A DNA stretch of 64,000 bases, taken from assembly GCA_009914755.4 (NCBI GenBank), contig CP068257.2, positions 40,352,001 through 40,416,000 on the forward strand, written 5' to 3'. Under the pieces are notes generated by a model, which had not been told where the DNA came from, made no database searches, and saw nothing but the letters and a program-made list of their open reading frames with translations. Below, piece by piece: positions 29,127-42,542 of the stretch. The translations under genes were made by a program, and so were the position numbers. Each line of letters begins with the position of its first letter. The first letter of the stretch is position 1. This DNA is from the human T2T-CHM13v2.0 reference genome, Homo sapiens.

Positions 29127-32100
29127 TCAATTGTGTGTTTGTTCGTGACTCCAAAGACTAAATGCAGTCTTGAATGTCCTGTGGCAAAGTTTACACATAA
29201 ACTGTCTTTTAAATGTGATTGCTGAAAGGGGTGGGGCATGGTAAAAAAGGGTGTCTGATTCTTGGGGCACAAACAGTTTTTCTGTGGCTGGAGTTGGGTT
29301 TTCGGACAGGCCTGTGGGGCTGTCAGGCTCCAGAGGCTGGATCTTGGGCAGTGGTGGTGGCGGTGGCAGAGGTGGTGGAGAGGGAGAGTTTGTGGGAACA
29401 GGGCACACCTCAGATTCCTTATGTGCCGATTCCTCTGAAGCCTGAGACATGTGCGATTGGAAGTGACTCCAGAGTCGAAAATTAGTGCGAAAAGCTTTGT
29501 TGCACACGTGACAAATAAATGGTTTCACAGAGCACAGAAGCTCCTGGTGACGCTCCAGCTGCTTATGCACCGTGAACATCTTCCCACACTTCTCGCAGGG
29601 CCACAGGCTGGCTTCTTTGCTAGGACCCGCTTCTTTGGGGGCTGTGCTGGCCTCGGGTGCCTCTTCTTCAGCCTCCTCCACAGGCTCCTCTTTGACTTGG
29701 ATTTTCAGTTGCTTGGAAAGACTAAGGTCTTCGGGAAGACAAGAGGAATCTTCCGAGTCGAAGTTAACTTGTTCTGAAGAATCACTGAACACGTTGTCGT
29801 CTTTTGTGGTGACGATGTGGTTTACTTTGTTGGGCTCAGGCTGGGATTGGGGCCTTGAAGAACCAGTCACATCACCATTGTGGTCCAAAACGGGCAAAGA
29901 AAAGTTTTCGGTGGGTGCCATGTTGTTCTGATTATGGACTTCAACCTGGTGCCGCCAGATGCTGAAAGAGGACTTGAAGGTGCGCATGCACTCGAGGCAG
30001 GTCAGCTTCTTATACTCACACTTGCTCTCGTGTTCTTGCTTCAGCTCGGGCGAGAAAAACCTGAGGCTGCAGTAAGGGCAGACGGCCGCGTTCCGGCACA
30101 GCCGCTCGTGGCTTCCTTGCTCTAGGAGAGAAGAGAGCTTAGCATTACAGAGGCGGCACTGGTAAACCTCCTTGTTTTCTACTGGACTTGCAAGAGGAGC
30201 ATGCTCTTTTGGTTTAGCAACTTTATTTACTCCAAGGGGTTTTTCTCCTGGATGCATTTTTATATGCTGCTTAAATTGAGAGAGAAAGCGGTACGCTTTT
30301 CCGCAGTAAGTACAAATGTAAGCTCCTTTGGCTCGAGATCTCAAGTTCCTCTTGATGACTTGCTGTGCTTGGGAGCTACTCTGTCCCTGAAAACCAGGCT
30401 TGCCGCGCCTTAACTTAATGATCAGGGCCTTCTTAATTTCTCTCTCTCTCACTATGTCAATCAGCTTTCTTTGGAATTTTTCATCCAAAACAGCATGTGA
30501 ACTAGAGGCTGGTGATGGGTTCTTCACTATGCCGTGTTGGGTCTGACAGTGTGTCCACACTTTGAAGTTGGTGTGAAACCTCTTGTGACAGATGTCACAA
30601 GCGTAGGGCTTTTCTGGGTTATGGTACATGTTAACATGACGGTGAAGACCTGCTGTTGATCTAAAGATCTTAAGGCAATGTTTGCATTTAAATTTTTTGT
30701 TTGGTCTCGTCCCCTCCAACTCACCAAATTCGTCTTTATTCAAATCAGAATCTGGAAAATCTGCATCAAGGAGAGTAGGGCTTGAGCCTTCCTCAAAATT
30801 ATCTTCTGACACAGGAGACCCGTGCTCATTCACCTTTAACTTCTTAAACGGCAATCTTCGGTCCGCTTGGAACCTCCTTTTTGCTGGGAGTCTGCTCATG
30901 TCTTTTTGGTCATCTTCTGTTTTCAGAGACAGGTCTCTTGTGACCGACGAAGATGAGGCAGCTGCTGTTGTTGCCGCATCTCCCACAGTGACGCGGATGA
31001 TGTCCGAGGGGTCCGACAGCGGGCTGCTGGGCTCAGTCTTTATGCGCACCTCAGTCACAGGGGAAGCTCCCTCCCTGTCTGTTGACTGAGAAGCACTAAA
31101 GGACCTGAGGCGATGCGGTTGTAGCACTTGAGGCCTGTCATCTAGGGCTGTTTTTTCACTACAATCTTTTAAAGATGACTTCTGAGATAAAGCACACAAC
31201 ACATTCCCTGGTGCATCACTGGACACCGAAGATGATCCCTGGGAAGATTTCAAATCTATGGAAGGTGAATAGACAGGAACCTGGCTATCCATCGACAATG
31301 ACCGTCTGAGGAGACTCTTAACAAGTGGGCCACTCCTGTCAATGCTTTGGTTTCCAGAACCAGATCCACTGGATGGGATCACTAAGCCTAACTTTGAATA
31401 GTACAACAAGTTTCTATCTTCACCTTGACCATTTCCTTTGTTAGTTTCTTTTAATAGATAGGGAGTCTCTGATGAGCTACAAACAGACAAAACAGGTGGC
31501 CGTGGTCTCTTCAAAGCCAGCTCTAGAGCTTTTCCTTTTGGAAGCTGACCACTCACACCTGGTTTATCATCCATAGCTTCTCTGTCTTGCAGAGGCTTTG
31601 AAGGCAACACTGCATTTCTTTTCACCAAACTGATTCTATTAGGATCATCCAAAGATCCAGAATGCTCAAGAGACTGTGCATATACCACAGAACTATCTTT
31701 CGGCCAACTCTTTTCAGTTAATGACAAATTATGAAGTGGTTCTATTGGTTTTGGGACATGTGGCTTATTGGTATTGGCCTTGACTGCAATGCTAGGAGAG
31801 GGCCGGGAAGTATGGCTTACATCGGGTTGATTTTGACTAACAGTTTTTCCTTGTGCTTCGTTTCTACTTTGACAAACAATGACACTTCTCTTTTGAGAAC
31901 TGTTTTCATCATCTTCTACAAACACTTTTTTTCTATTAGGACACGTTGGAAAGGGGGCTTGAGGTGTTTTAGAAACGATGTTAGTCAGAAAGGAAATCCC
32001 AAGACTATAGCCAAGTTCTTGCACAGCAGCAAGGCTGCTCTTCTCAACAAATAGAGAGGAAGAATAAATGTAGTTTAAAACATTATCAAAAGCATCTGGC

Positions 32101-32327
32101 TCACAGAAGTCAAGCTGAAATACAGTTTGTGACTCATTTTCCTTATTTGTGAATAAACTCTGAAAGTATTCGCTGCTGGCAGCCAAGACGTTTTTATGAG
32201 CTCGGAACTTTTGGTCTCCAACAATCAGCAGCACATCACACAGCTGTCCTTTGAGACGCTCCTCATTCAGGGCACTTAGGAGAGAAATGGCGTGTGCAGG
32301 GTTGATGTAATGCAGTAATCCCTCCAT
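29127..32327 (-). CDS. ZBTB21: BTB/POZ domain + C2H2 zinc-finger transcription factor, 1066 aa, single coding exon (ZBTB21 / ZNF295)
   Basis: Uninterrupted ATG-to-stop ORF. The N-terminus MEGLLHYINPAHAISLLSALNEERLKGQLCDVLLIVGDQKFRAHKNVLAASSEYFQSLF is a canonical BTB/POZ fold. There are at least 9 C2H2 fingers (FKCKHCLKIFRSTAGLHRHVNMYH, YACDICHKRFHTNFKVWTHCQTQH, YICTYCGKAYRFLSQFKQHIKMH, LTCLECMRTFKSSFSIWRHQVEVH, WPCEKCGKMFTVHKQLERHQELLC, FICHVCNKAFRTNFRLWSHFQSH, FMCKLCHRTFKTAFSLWSHEQTHN and others), plus a PSPPPLPPPPPLP tract and an acidic EEPVEEAEEEAPE stretch. The 1066-aa length and N-terminal sequence match my memory of human ZBTB21. Kozak context is gccATGG. Confidence 0.9.
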   Translation of the reverse strand: MEGLLHYINPAHAISLLSALNEERLKGQLCDVLLIVGDQKFRAHKNVLAASSEYFQSLFTNKENESQTVFQLDFCEPDAFDNVLNYIYSSSLFVEKSSLAAVQELGYSLGISFLTNIVSKTPQAPFPTCPNRKKVFVEDDENSSQKRSVIVCQSRNEAQGKTVSQNQPDVSHTSRPSPSIAVKANTNKPHVPKPIEPLHNLSLTEKSWPKDSSVVYAQSLEHSGSLDDPNRISLVKRNAVLPSKPLQDREAMDDKPGVSGQLPKGKALELALKRPRPPVLSVCSSSETPYLLKETNKGNGQGEDRNLLYYSKLGLVIPSSGSGSGNQSIDRSGPLVKSLLRRSLSMDSQVPVYSPSIDLKSSQGSSSVSSDAPGNVLCALSQKSSLKDCSEKTALDDRPQVLQPHRLRSFSASQSTDREGASPVTEVRIKTEPSSPLSDPSDIIRVTVGDAATTAAASSSSVTRDLSLKTEDDQKDMSRLPAKRRFQADRRLPFKKLKVNEHGSPVSEDNFEEGSSPTLLDADFPDSDLNKDEFGELEGTRPNKKFKCKHCLKIFRSTAGLHRHVNMYHNPEKPYACDICHKRFHTNFKVWTHCQTQHGIVKNPSPASSSHAVLDEKFQRKLIDIVREREIKKALIIKLRRGKPGFQGQSSSQAQQVIKRNLRSRAKGAYICTYCGKAYRFLSQFKQHIKMHPGEKPLGVNKVAKPKEHAPLASPVENKEVYQCRLCNAKLSSLLEQGSHERLCRNAAVCPYCSLRFFSPELKQEHESKCEYKKLTCLECMRTFKSSFSIWRHQVEVHNQNNMAPTENFSLPVLDHNGDVTGSSRPQSQPEPNKVNHIVTTKDDNVFSDSSEQVNFDSEDSSCLPEDLSLSKQLKIQVKEEPVEEAEEEAPEASTAPKEAGPSKEASLWPCEKCGKMFTVHKQLERHQELLCSVKPFICHVCNKAFRTNFRLWSHFQSHMSQASEESAHKESEVCPVPTNSPSPPPLPPPPPLPKIQPLEPDSPTGLSENPTPATEKLFVPQESDTLFYHAPPLSAITFKRQFMCKLCHRTFKTAFSLWSHEQTHN

Positions 32328-32340
32328 GGCTTGAGTTTAT

Positions 32341-32353
32341 CTAAAAGACAAAA
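32341..32353 (-). other. ZBTB21: 3' splice site (acceptor) of the coding exon: minus strand reads ttttgtcttttAG|ATAAACTCAAGCCATGG
   Basis: A polypyrimidine tract plus AG lies 13 nt upstream of the initiator ATG. This implies an upstream non-coding exon or exons. Confidence 0.7.
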
Positions 32354-32834
32354 TGTAAAATTACTACAGATATTGCAGTGAAAAGTTCCCCTGGCTCCTC
32401 AAGAGCAGGGAACATCAGCTGTCTTTGCATAGGTACCAATATTTAGCAGACCGTAGGCTAACAGAAGCTCTATGAATGAACAATCTTATTTAAATAATGG
32501 TGAAAATGTAAAATAAGTCTCGTGGTTTAAGTAGGTCCTCATTAAAATAGAAGAATTGCAGGAACTATAATATAGGCATTTGTATATCATCAAAAAGGCT
32601 GCCAGAACTTGGCAGGTAGATATGGAAGCAATATTTGAAAATAAAGGTTTATTATTTAGGGTCCTTATCCATTTGATGCTTGGCACTATTCCTTACCAAT
32701 TCAGAAAACAAGTACGAATTATCAAACCCCTGAAGTCTATAATTCTGAAAGAAAATCAGCTTTATTACTACATATACTTAAACATAATGTGAACTGTTAA
32801 CAATTGGTTGCAAAGCAGGTCTTGTGAGACGCTT

Positions 32835-32989
32835 GTTTTTATTTTGAGACAGGGTATCTCTCTGTCACCCAGGCTGGAGTGCAGTGGCACCATGATGGCT
32901 CACTGCAGCCTCAATCTCCTGGGCTCAAGCAATCCTCCCACTCAGCCTCCTGAGTAGCTGGGACCACAAGCACATGCCACCTTGCCAGG
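32835..32989 (-). mobile_element. Alu SINE, 3' (right-arm) part, antisense. It is interrupted by the THE1 insertion and continues at 35309-35455
   Basis: tttttattttgagacagggtatctctctgtcacccaggctggagtgcagtggcaccatgatggctcactgcagcc...gctgggaccacaagcacatgccacc. Confidence 0.8.
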
Positions 32990-35455
<2,466 letters not shown>

Positions 35456-35528
35456 AAGAGACCTTTAAAAATAGAAAAGAATTTGGAAAGCAAAAAATTA
35501 TTTGCTAATTACTAATGAAAGTGTTTAC

Positions 35529-35848
35529 GCCAGGCACGGTGTCTCACGCTTGTAATCCCAGCACTTTGGGAGGCCAAAGCGGGCAGGTCACTTGAGGTCA
35601 GGAGTTCGAGACAAGCCTGGCCAACATGGTGAAATTCCATCTCTACTAAAAATACAAAAATTAGCCGAGGGTGGTGGCATGTGCCTGTAATCCCAGCTAC
35701 TCAGGAGGCTGAAGCATGACAATCACTTAAGCCTGGGAAGTGGAGGTTGTAGTGAGCCAAGATTGCGCCACTGCACTCCAGCCTGGTTGACAGAGCAAGA
35801 CGTTGTCTCAAAAAAAAAAAAACAAAAAAACAAAAAAACAAAAAAAAG
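35529..35848 (+). mobile_element. Alu SINE (full length, sense) with (A)n(CAAAAAAA)n tail
   Basis: gccaggcacggtgtctcacgcttgtaatcccagcactttgggaggccaaagcgggcaggtcacttgaggtcaggagttcgagac... Confidence 0.9.
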
Positions 35849-36425
35849 ATTAGAAGTGTTGAAGAATAAGTTTGTTTTCTTTCTTATGCTATTTGCCTTG
35901 CAATCTCATGAATACTATTTTCTTACCAAATCACATTTTCAACAATAGCACAAAGGAAACTTTAGCCTAGTTCTAAATTTAATTAAAGAGTTTAAACTGA
36001 TATTTCACTGAAATGCTCTTCAAATCTAAACATGAGAAGAGGAGGCCTAGTGGTAGAGTGCAAGCTCTGGTGCCAGACACTTGGGTTGAGATGCCAGTTC
36101 CTTGCAGGCTGGCTGATTGTCCTTGGGTGTTTCTGTTAGCCTCTCGGTGTGGCAGATCCCTCACCTGAGTTAGGAATGACAACTGTGCCCTCCTCTTGCA
36201 GGGTTGTTGCAAAGAGTTCATCTAAAGAAAACTCAACAAATGTGCACTTAACTTTCAGAAATTGCAGGATTAATAGGCATCTAATTCAGTATCAAAGAAA
36301 GTGGGCAGATTAACCCCACCATACTCTCGATGCGGACAAAGCCATTTCATGCAGAGACAATGCCTGACTCTGTGTATTTGACCCTTTATTTAGGCTTCTG
36401 TTCCTCTAACACCTCATCCTTTTCA

Positions 36426-36722
36426 TTTTTTTTTTTTTTTTCTAGACAGGGTCTCGCTCTGTTGCCCAGGCTGGAGTGCAATGACTCAGTCTTGGCTCCC
36501 TGCAACCTCTGCCTCCTGGGTTCAAACGATTCTCCTGCCTCAGCCTCCTGAGTAGCTGGGATTACAGGCGTGCACCACCACGCCCAGCTAATTTTTGTAT
36601 TTTTATATAGTTGGGGTTTCACCATATTAGCCAGACTGGTCCCGAACTCCTGACCTCACGTGATCTGCCTGCCTCGGCCTCCCAAAGTGCTGGGATTACA
36701 GGCGTGAGCCACCACAGCTGGC
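36426..36722 (-). mobile_element. Alu SINE (full length, antisense)
   Basis: tttttttttttttttctagacagggtctcgctctgttgcccaggctggagtgcaatgactcagtcttggctccctgcaacc...gggattacaggcgtgagccaccacagctggc. Confidence 0.9.
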
Positions 36723-39152
36723 TCATCCCTTTCATTTTATAATGCCATATTTTCTTTCAAATATTGTTAAGACATTTATTTTTAAGATTACATGAATCCC
36801 AAGTAACTATCTGTGACGGTTTTATCTTTCTCTAGCGGGCAAACTGTAGATGAACCAAACTTGACCCCAGCTCATTTGTAGGTTCTCTTCTGGCCTTTGC
36901 TGGTTACCCCAGCCACCAGGCTCTTCAGGAAGAGCCCAGAGTCTCCTAGGCTGTCAACCTGGGAGTGGCCACACACGGTATACAATTCCTTCTGACTCCC
37001 TGATAAGATGCAACTCAATTTAACCGACCGAGACACAGGACTTTGCTTCTAGAGATGATACCTTTAGCCTGTCCACAAACAACTACTTTGGTCAGACTGT
37101 ACCAAGTTTCTGTCCACTCCCGCCTACCATCCTTTCAAAGTAAATGGTAAATTTTAATTCCTCTATTTTTTTAAAAAATTATTCTATTTGTGACTACTTG
37201 ATAATTTCCCTTCCTTTTTCTTCTCTTAGTCATTTAAATTTTCCTTAATCCTACTATACTTTCTTTACATCTATTTGTATGAAGAAACCCTTACCATCTT
37301 TTACAGAGATCAGCAGAAAAAGACATAAGCTTATAATGTTACACGTATTGACTCAGCTGGGTACTGAGGAGTTTTTAGCACTAATAATTTTTGACAAAGC
37401 TAGTTCAGATGTTGCCACAGGGAAAAGCTGTAACACAGAATTAAAGGTACAGATTTAAAGGCTTGGATAGTCTTTGTCAAAAGGGGTTCTTAAACTCAAC
37501 TTGGTGGTTTAAAACTAGCAATTAAAAAATAAATGACTAGGACAGAGTAGAAAATATCAGAATGCATCAAATGTCATAAGGCTAATTATGAGCTTGAGAA
37601 ACTTTTGTTTCTATTATATATATGTACATACCCACATAAGCAAGCATGGACTGGATTGAGATGTAAAATGTATTCCTTCCTGTGGGTCAGTCAAAATATT
37701 TTGAGAGCCACTGTTCTAGGCTAACCAACCTCTTTGAGCCTCAGTTTACCTCGCCATAAAATAAGGATAATACTAGCAGCTACCACATAATGCTATTGTG
37801 GGAATTAAATAAGATAATAATAGTCGCTACCATTTATATAGCACCTAACTGTACAGGAACCTACACTACAAACTATACCAGAAACTTCTCATGTCATTCA
37901 TTCATCAAAATGGGATCAAAGAAGGTGTGAAGGAGGCGAGGGATGAGCCATGGAGATAAATGGAGGAAGAACATCACAACAAAGGGAGAAGCTAAGGCAA
38001 CAGGAGGGATGGAGCAGTGTGTGCTGGGAGCCATGTAAGATGACATCTGAGAGGCAATAAGAAGTAAGACCGTCTAGGGCTGGGAGACCTCCAGAAGAAC
38101 TTTATTTTTTACTATGGATGAAATGGACAGCCATTGAAGATTCTGAGCAGAGGAATGACAAAGACCTGAATTACATTTCCAAAGGATTGCTCTGGCTCTG
38201 TTGTTGAGATTAGACAACAGAGGGTAGGTTATGGGGGAAGCTGCGGGCCAGCTTGCAGTCCACTGTAATGACCCAGATGAGAGAGGATGGTGGCTGGGAC
38301 CAGGGTGGTAGCAACGGAGGTAAAGGCAGAGTCATTAGAATTTCTAGTGGACAGACTGCAGGAGAAAACAGAAGGTGTGGAGTTAAGTATTCTGCCAAAA
38401 TAACTGGAAGGGCATCCTTAGGAGAGATGGGGTTTGACAGAAAAACCAGGAGTTCAGATTTTTTAAAGAATTCAGTTTTGATATCCTACACGTGAGCAGC
38501 AACCTGTTCATCAATGTACCCTTTATGAGCCTCCATCTCCGCCTTACTGTCCCTACTTCCTTTCTTGTGCTTCCTGGGATCAGTTCCCAAATAAACGTCT
38601 ACCTCTGAATCCTTGTCTTGGGGTCTACTTTTGGGGGAATCCAAACTAAGACACAAACAGAACTCGAAGCACAGGTAAAGGCTAACCACTTCACACTAAA
38701 ACCTCCCTTCCAAGGGCTTGTCCTGGCCCTTTAGTGTGAAGACTAAACCAAGGGGAGTTTTCTACATCCCTGGACCTGAAGCAAATGGTATTCCACAGAC
38801 CGTATGCATCCCGTTGCCAAAAAAGCAACATTTGTGTCCCTTTTGTTTAGAAAGGTTTCCTTCTTTATGCATTATTCAAAGTATCATGATCCCTATTTCT
38901 GCTCTAAGTCACTGCTTCAAATTTCTTGGATCACAGACCTCTATCTTCTTTGGATGAAAACATCTATGGACTAGGGGACAATAATAAAGTCATTCAAAGT
39001 TAAGTTGTAAGAGAAATACTCACTGTCCCTGAAAATTATTGGGGATTTAAAACTTAACTTTCCTATAACCTCCATTTAGAGCCATCACACCTGCCTGAAA
39101 AGTGCCTCAAGATGTCCAAATTCCTGATACACAAGTGCAGAATAACTTTATA

Positions 39153-39418
39153 GAGTATTTATTTTCCATTCCATTCAGTAGAACAGTAACTAGGTACTTA
39201 ATAACAGCTAAAATTTGGGTGTTTATTCTGTCACATATACAAAAATAAAGAAGTTATTTTTATGTATTAACTCAATATTTACATCAACCATAGGAGGTAG
39301 GTACTATTATTATCCCCATTTTACAGATGAGAAAACTGAGGCACAGACGGTCAAGTAACATGCTCAACGTCATAGAGATAAGTAGCAGAGCAGGATTCAC
39401 ATCAGCTGGCTTGGATCC
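39153..39418. repeat. Copy A of a ~265-bp local direct duplication. It contains a MIR core (39290-39450, antisense)
   Basis: gagtatttattttccattccattcagtagaacagtaactaggtacttaataacagctaaaatttgggtg...ccccattttacagatgagaaaactgaggcacagacggtcaagtaacatgctcaa..gattcacatcagctggct. Confidence 0.8.
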
Positions 39419-39504
39419 AGAGGCTAAGCTCTTAACCCCTACACGACACTGCCTCTAGTTTCCTCTTCCAATTCTCGTATCATCTTCTGAACTAGACAGT
39501 GTCA

Positions 39505-39600
39505 TCAATCCTTTTTACAAACAAATGAGAAAACTGAGGCATTGAGAGGTCAAGTCATTTGCCTAAGGTCACCCAGACAATTATAGACTTATGGCTAGCA
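39505..39600 (-). mobile_element. MIR SINE fragment
   Basis: tacaaacaaatgagaaaactgaggcattgagaggtcaagtcatttgcctaaggtcacccag. Confidence 0.55.
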
Positions 39601-39887
39601 TCTGTCTAGTGTGTGCTAGAACCCTTCTAGACATGGAAGATATCAATTTAACAAGTATGGCCCTGCCTCATGGAGCTTAAGGTCTTGTGCAGGAAGAGAA
39701 CAGGTCAATTCATCAGCCTAGTCCAGTATGCTGAGCAGCAGACAGGATGTTTGCAGAGGTAGAGACGCAGTATAGATGACAGGCATCAGAGCCAGGTGAG
39801 ATGGAGGCCAGGAAGGGCGTTCTACGAAGAAAGTTTTATAGGGAATGCTGGGAAGAGATAGGAAGGATGAAGGACATTTCGAGGGAC

Positions 39888-40151
39888 GAGTATTTATTTT
39901 CCATTCCTTTCAGTAGAACAGTAACTAGGTACTCAATAACAGCTATAATTTGGGTGCTTATTCTGCCACACACACAAAAGAAAACACTTTTAATGTATTA
40001 ACTCAATATTGACATCAACCCTAGGAGTTAGGTACTATTATTATCTCCATTCTACAGATGAGAAAACCGAGGCACAGAGGGTTAAGTAACATGCTCAATG
40101 TCAGACAGATAATAAGTAGCAGGGCAAGATTCACATCAGCTGGCTGGGCTG
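39888..40151. repeat. Copy B of the ~265-bp direct duplication, ~85-90% identical to copy A and 735 bp downstream
   Basis: gagtatttattttccattcctttcagtagaacagtaactaggtactcaataacagctataatttgggtg...ctccattctacagatgagaaaaccgaggcacagagggttaagtaacatgctcaa..gattcacatcagctggct. Confidence 0.8.
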
Positions 40152-42199
40152 CAGTACATGCAACACTACAGAGACAAGACAGAGCAGGAGGAATCCAAGG
40201 GAACCACAGGTGGCTTTGCCTGGTGAAAGGTAAAGGTACACATAGGGGAGGAAATGCCCATGAGGCTGGAGGAAGATGGAGGCATGAGCGCCCTGGGGGC
40301 TAAAATATGTCATCTGAGGATCTTGCACAGGAAAGCAACATTGTCCATTCTCCCCAGTACCCCAGGATCTAGAGACTCTAGATGTCTAGATAGGAGACAG
40401 GGGTAGCTAGGAGATGCAGATCCCTCACCTTCACATTAAGGCCCTTGTTTTTTTTACATTTTAATTCAATTATTAAGTTTTGAAAACAATGTACCCTTTC
40501 CTAGTCTGGCTGCAGACAGACAATTAACATATTGAATTTTTGTGTTTTAATGACAGTATATTTGAGTTTAACAATTACCTAAAAATATAAAATGCTCCAT
40601 CCATCAAGAATGTAAGTAAAAAGGGGGAAAATCACAACTGCTGACGATCACGAGATAATCCAGCAAGACTGTTTGTGGCTGGTGGCTGTGTAGACCGAAT
40701 CCTCAAAAACTTTTGATTTCTCTGCTCTTCTGCTGTCAGATAAGGCGAGCTTTGTTGCCGGGTGTACTTTCTCCTCAGTGTATTTTTCAGATCTAGACCG
40801 ATAAGTTTGCTGGCACATCACTCCAAATTTCCATGCAGGTTTTCATTATGAGTAATCAGGGCCTCCGACTTACAGAAGCAGTGCATCTTACACATAAACA
40901 CGCACTGCTGCCACCACCGTCTACGCCCCTCCTTTCCACGGCTCATCTCCACCTGACTCATCACGGCAGAACTTCTGCCACTTCAGTCATGGTGGAAAAA
41001 CCTTGGAGCTCTTAAAAGACCAGTGGGTGAAATTTGGAGAAAAGGTCTATTTACGAGCAACAGAAAAAACTAAGAGGAAAACCCCCCAGGAAAACCAGTT
41101 TCTAAAATAGGGCCGGCTTGCTTACCACTTTGATCCTCGCACACAAATAGCTTCCCAAAGCCTTCCTGGATTGTTTCTACTTCATGTCTTCTGAAATTTC
41201 AAAATGAGAGAATCTTTATGGTTAACAATTCACAGAAGACCTTACAGTTCCATGGAAAAGCCTTTCGAATCAGTCTATTTGTCTCAAATCCTGGCTCCGC
41301 CACCTATTAGGCATGGAACCTTCTAAAGATGACCCAACCTTTCTGACTAGTTTCCTTACCTGTTAAACATGGCTAACACTACCCACCACATAGGATTTTT
41401 ATGAAGGACAGAAGAGGCAACATGTTTGAAAGCCCCAGTACGTTCAGCACTTCCCATGTGGCACATGCACATCTTCCTTCCTTCTCCACTTCCCCTCACA
41501 GATGCTTGCGTGGGCCTGCTACCCACCACACATCACAAGAGGTGCTGGTGATGGGGAGATGAGTAACTGGCCTGCTTCTTGTTCTCCTGTAGCTCACATT
41601 TCCATGTTAGGACAGACAATAATTAACAAAGGATGTGAAGAATGCTACGGGAATACTGATTCCAGGAAGCAATTAATTTGGCCAGGGTGTAGGAGGGTGG
41701 AAGAGTGAATAGTGGGAACTATTCACTATTAACTATGAGTGAATAGTCCTAAGGAAGGCTTGGGACTCATCACTCCTTTGACAATTATAATACAAGCTGA
41801 ATATCTCTAGTCCAAAAACCCAAAACTACTTTCTGAGCAACGACATGATGCACAAAGGAAAGGCTCATTAGAGCATTTTGGACTTTTGGATTAGGGACGC
41901 TGAACCACTGGGTATAATGAGAATATTTCAAAATCCCAAACAATCTGAAATCTGAAACACTTCTGGTCCCAAGCATTTCAGATAAGGGATAGTCAACCTC
42001 TAATACTAAAGGTTCCATTCTTTACATTTCTACTATAGACGCTTTTCAGAAATGCTCATCTGGCCTTGCTGGGGCTTAAAACCTTCCAAGGGCTTGCCCT
42101 GGCCTCAACTTCCAATTCCCTGGAATGGCTACAAAACCCTTCAGAACTGGATTCCAGAAGATTATTTCATACCATCACTTCAAATTCCTCAGGTAATAA

Positions 42200-42542
<343 letters not shown>

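Larger units (their letters stand above)
25060..32340 (-). other. ZBTB21: Putative terminal exon of ZBTB21: 13-nt 5'UTR remnant + complete CDS + ~4-kb AT-rich 3'UTR. 3' end uncertain
   Basis: The 5' boundary is the acceptor at 32341-32353. The 3' boundary is inferred from the AATAAA (minus) at 25079-25084 and my recollection that the gene spans ~23.5 kb. The 24.3-29.1-kb interval is repeat-free and AT-rich, as expected of a long 3'UTR. Confidence 0.4.

Noticed and set aside
29219-31089. Plus-strand ORFs antisense to the ZBTB21 CDS (29219-29485, 29451-29777, 29572-29931, 30682-31089)
   Set aside because: They are short and overlapping, lie opposite a strongly supported 1066-aa CDS and have no domain signatures. 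Antisense frames of real genes are stop-depleted by chance.
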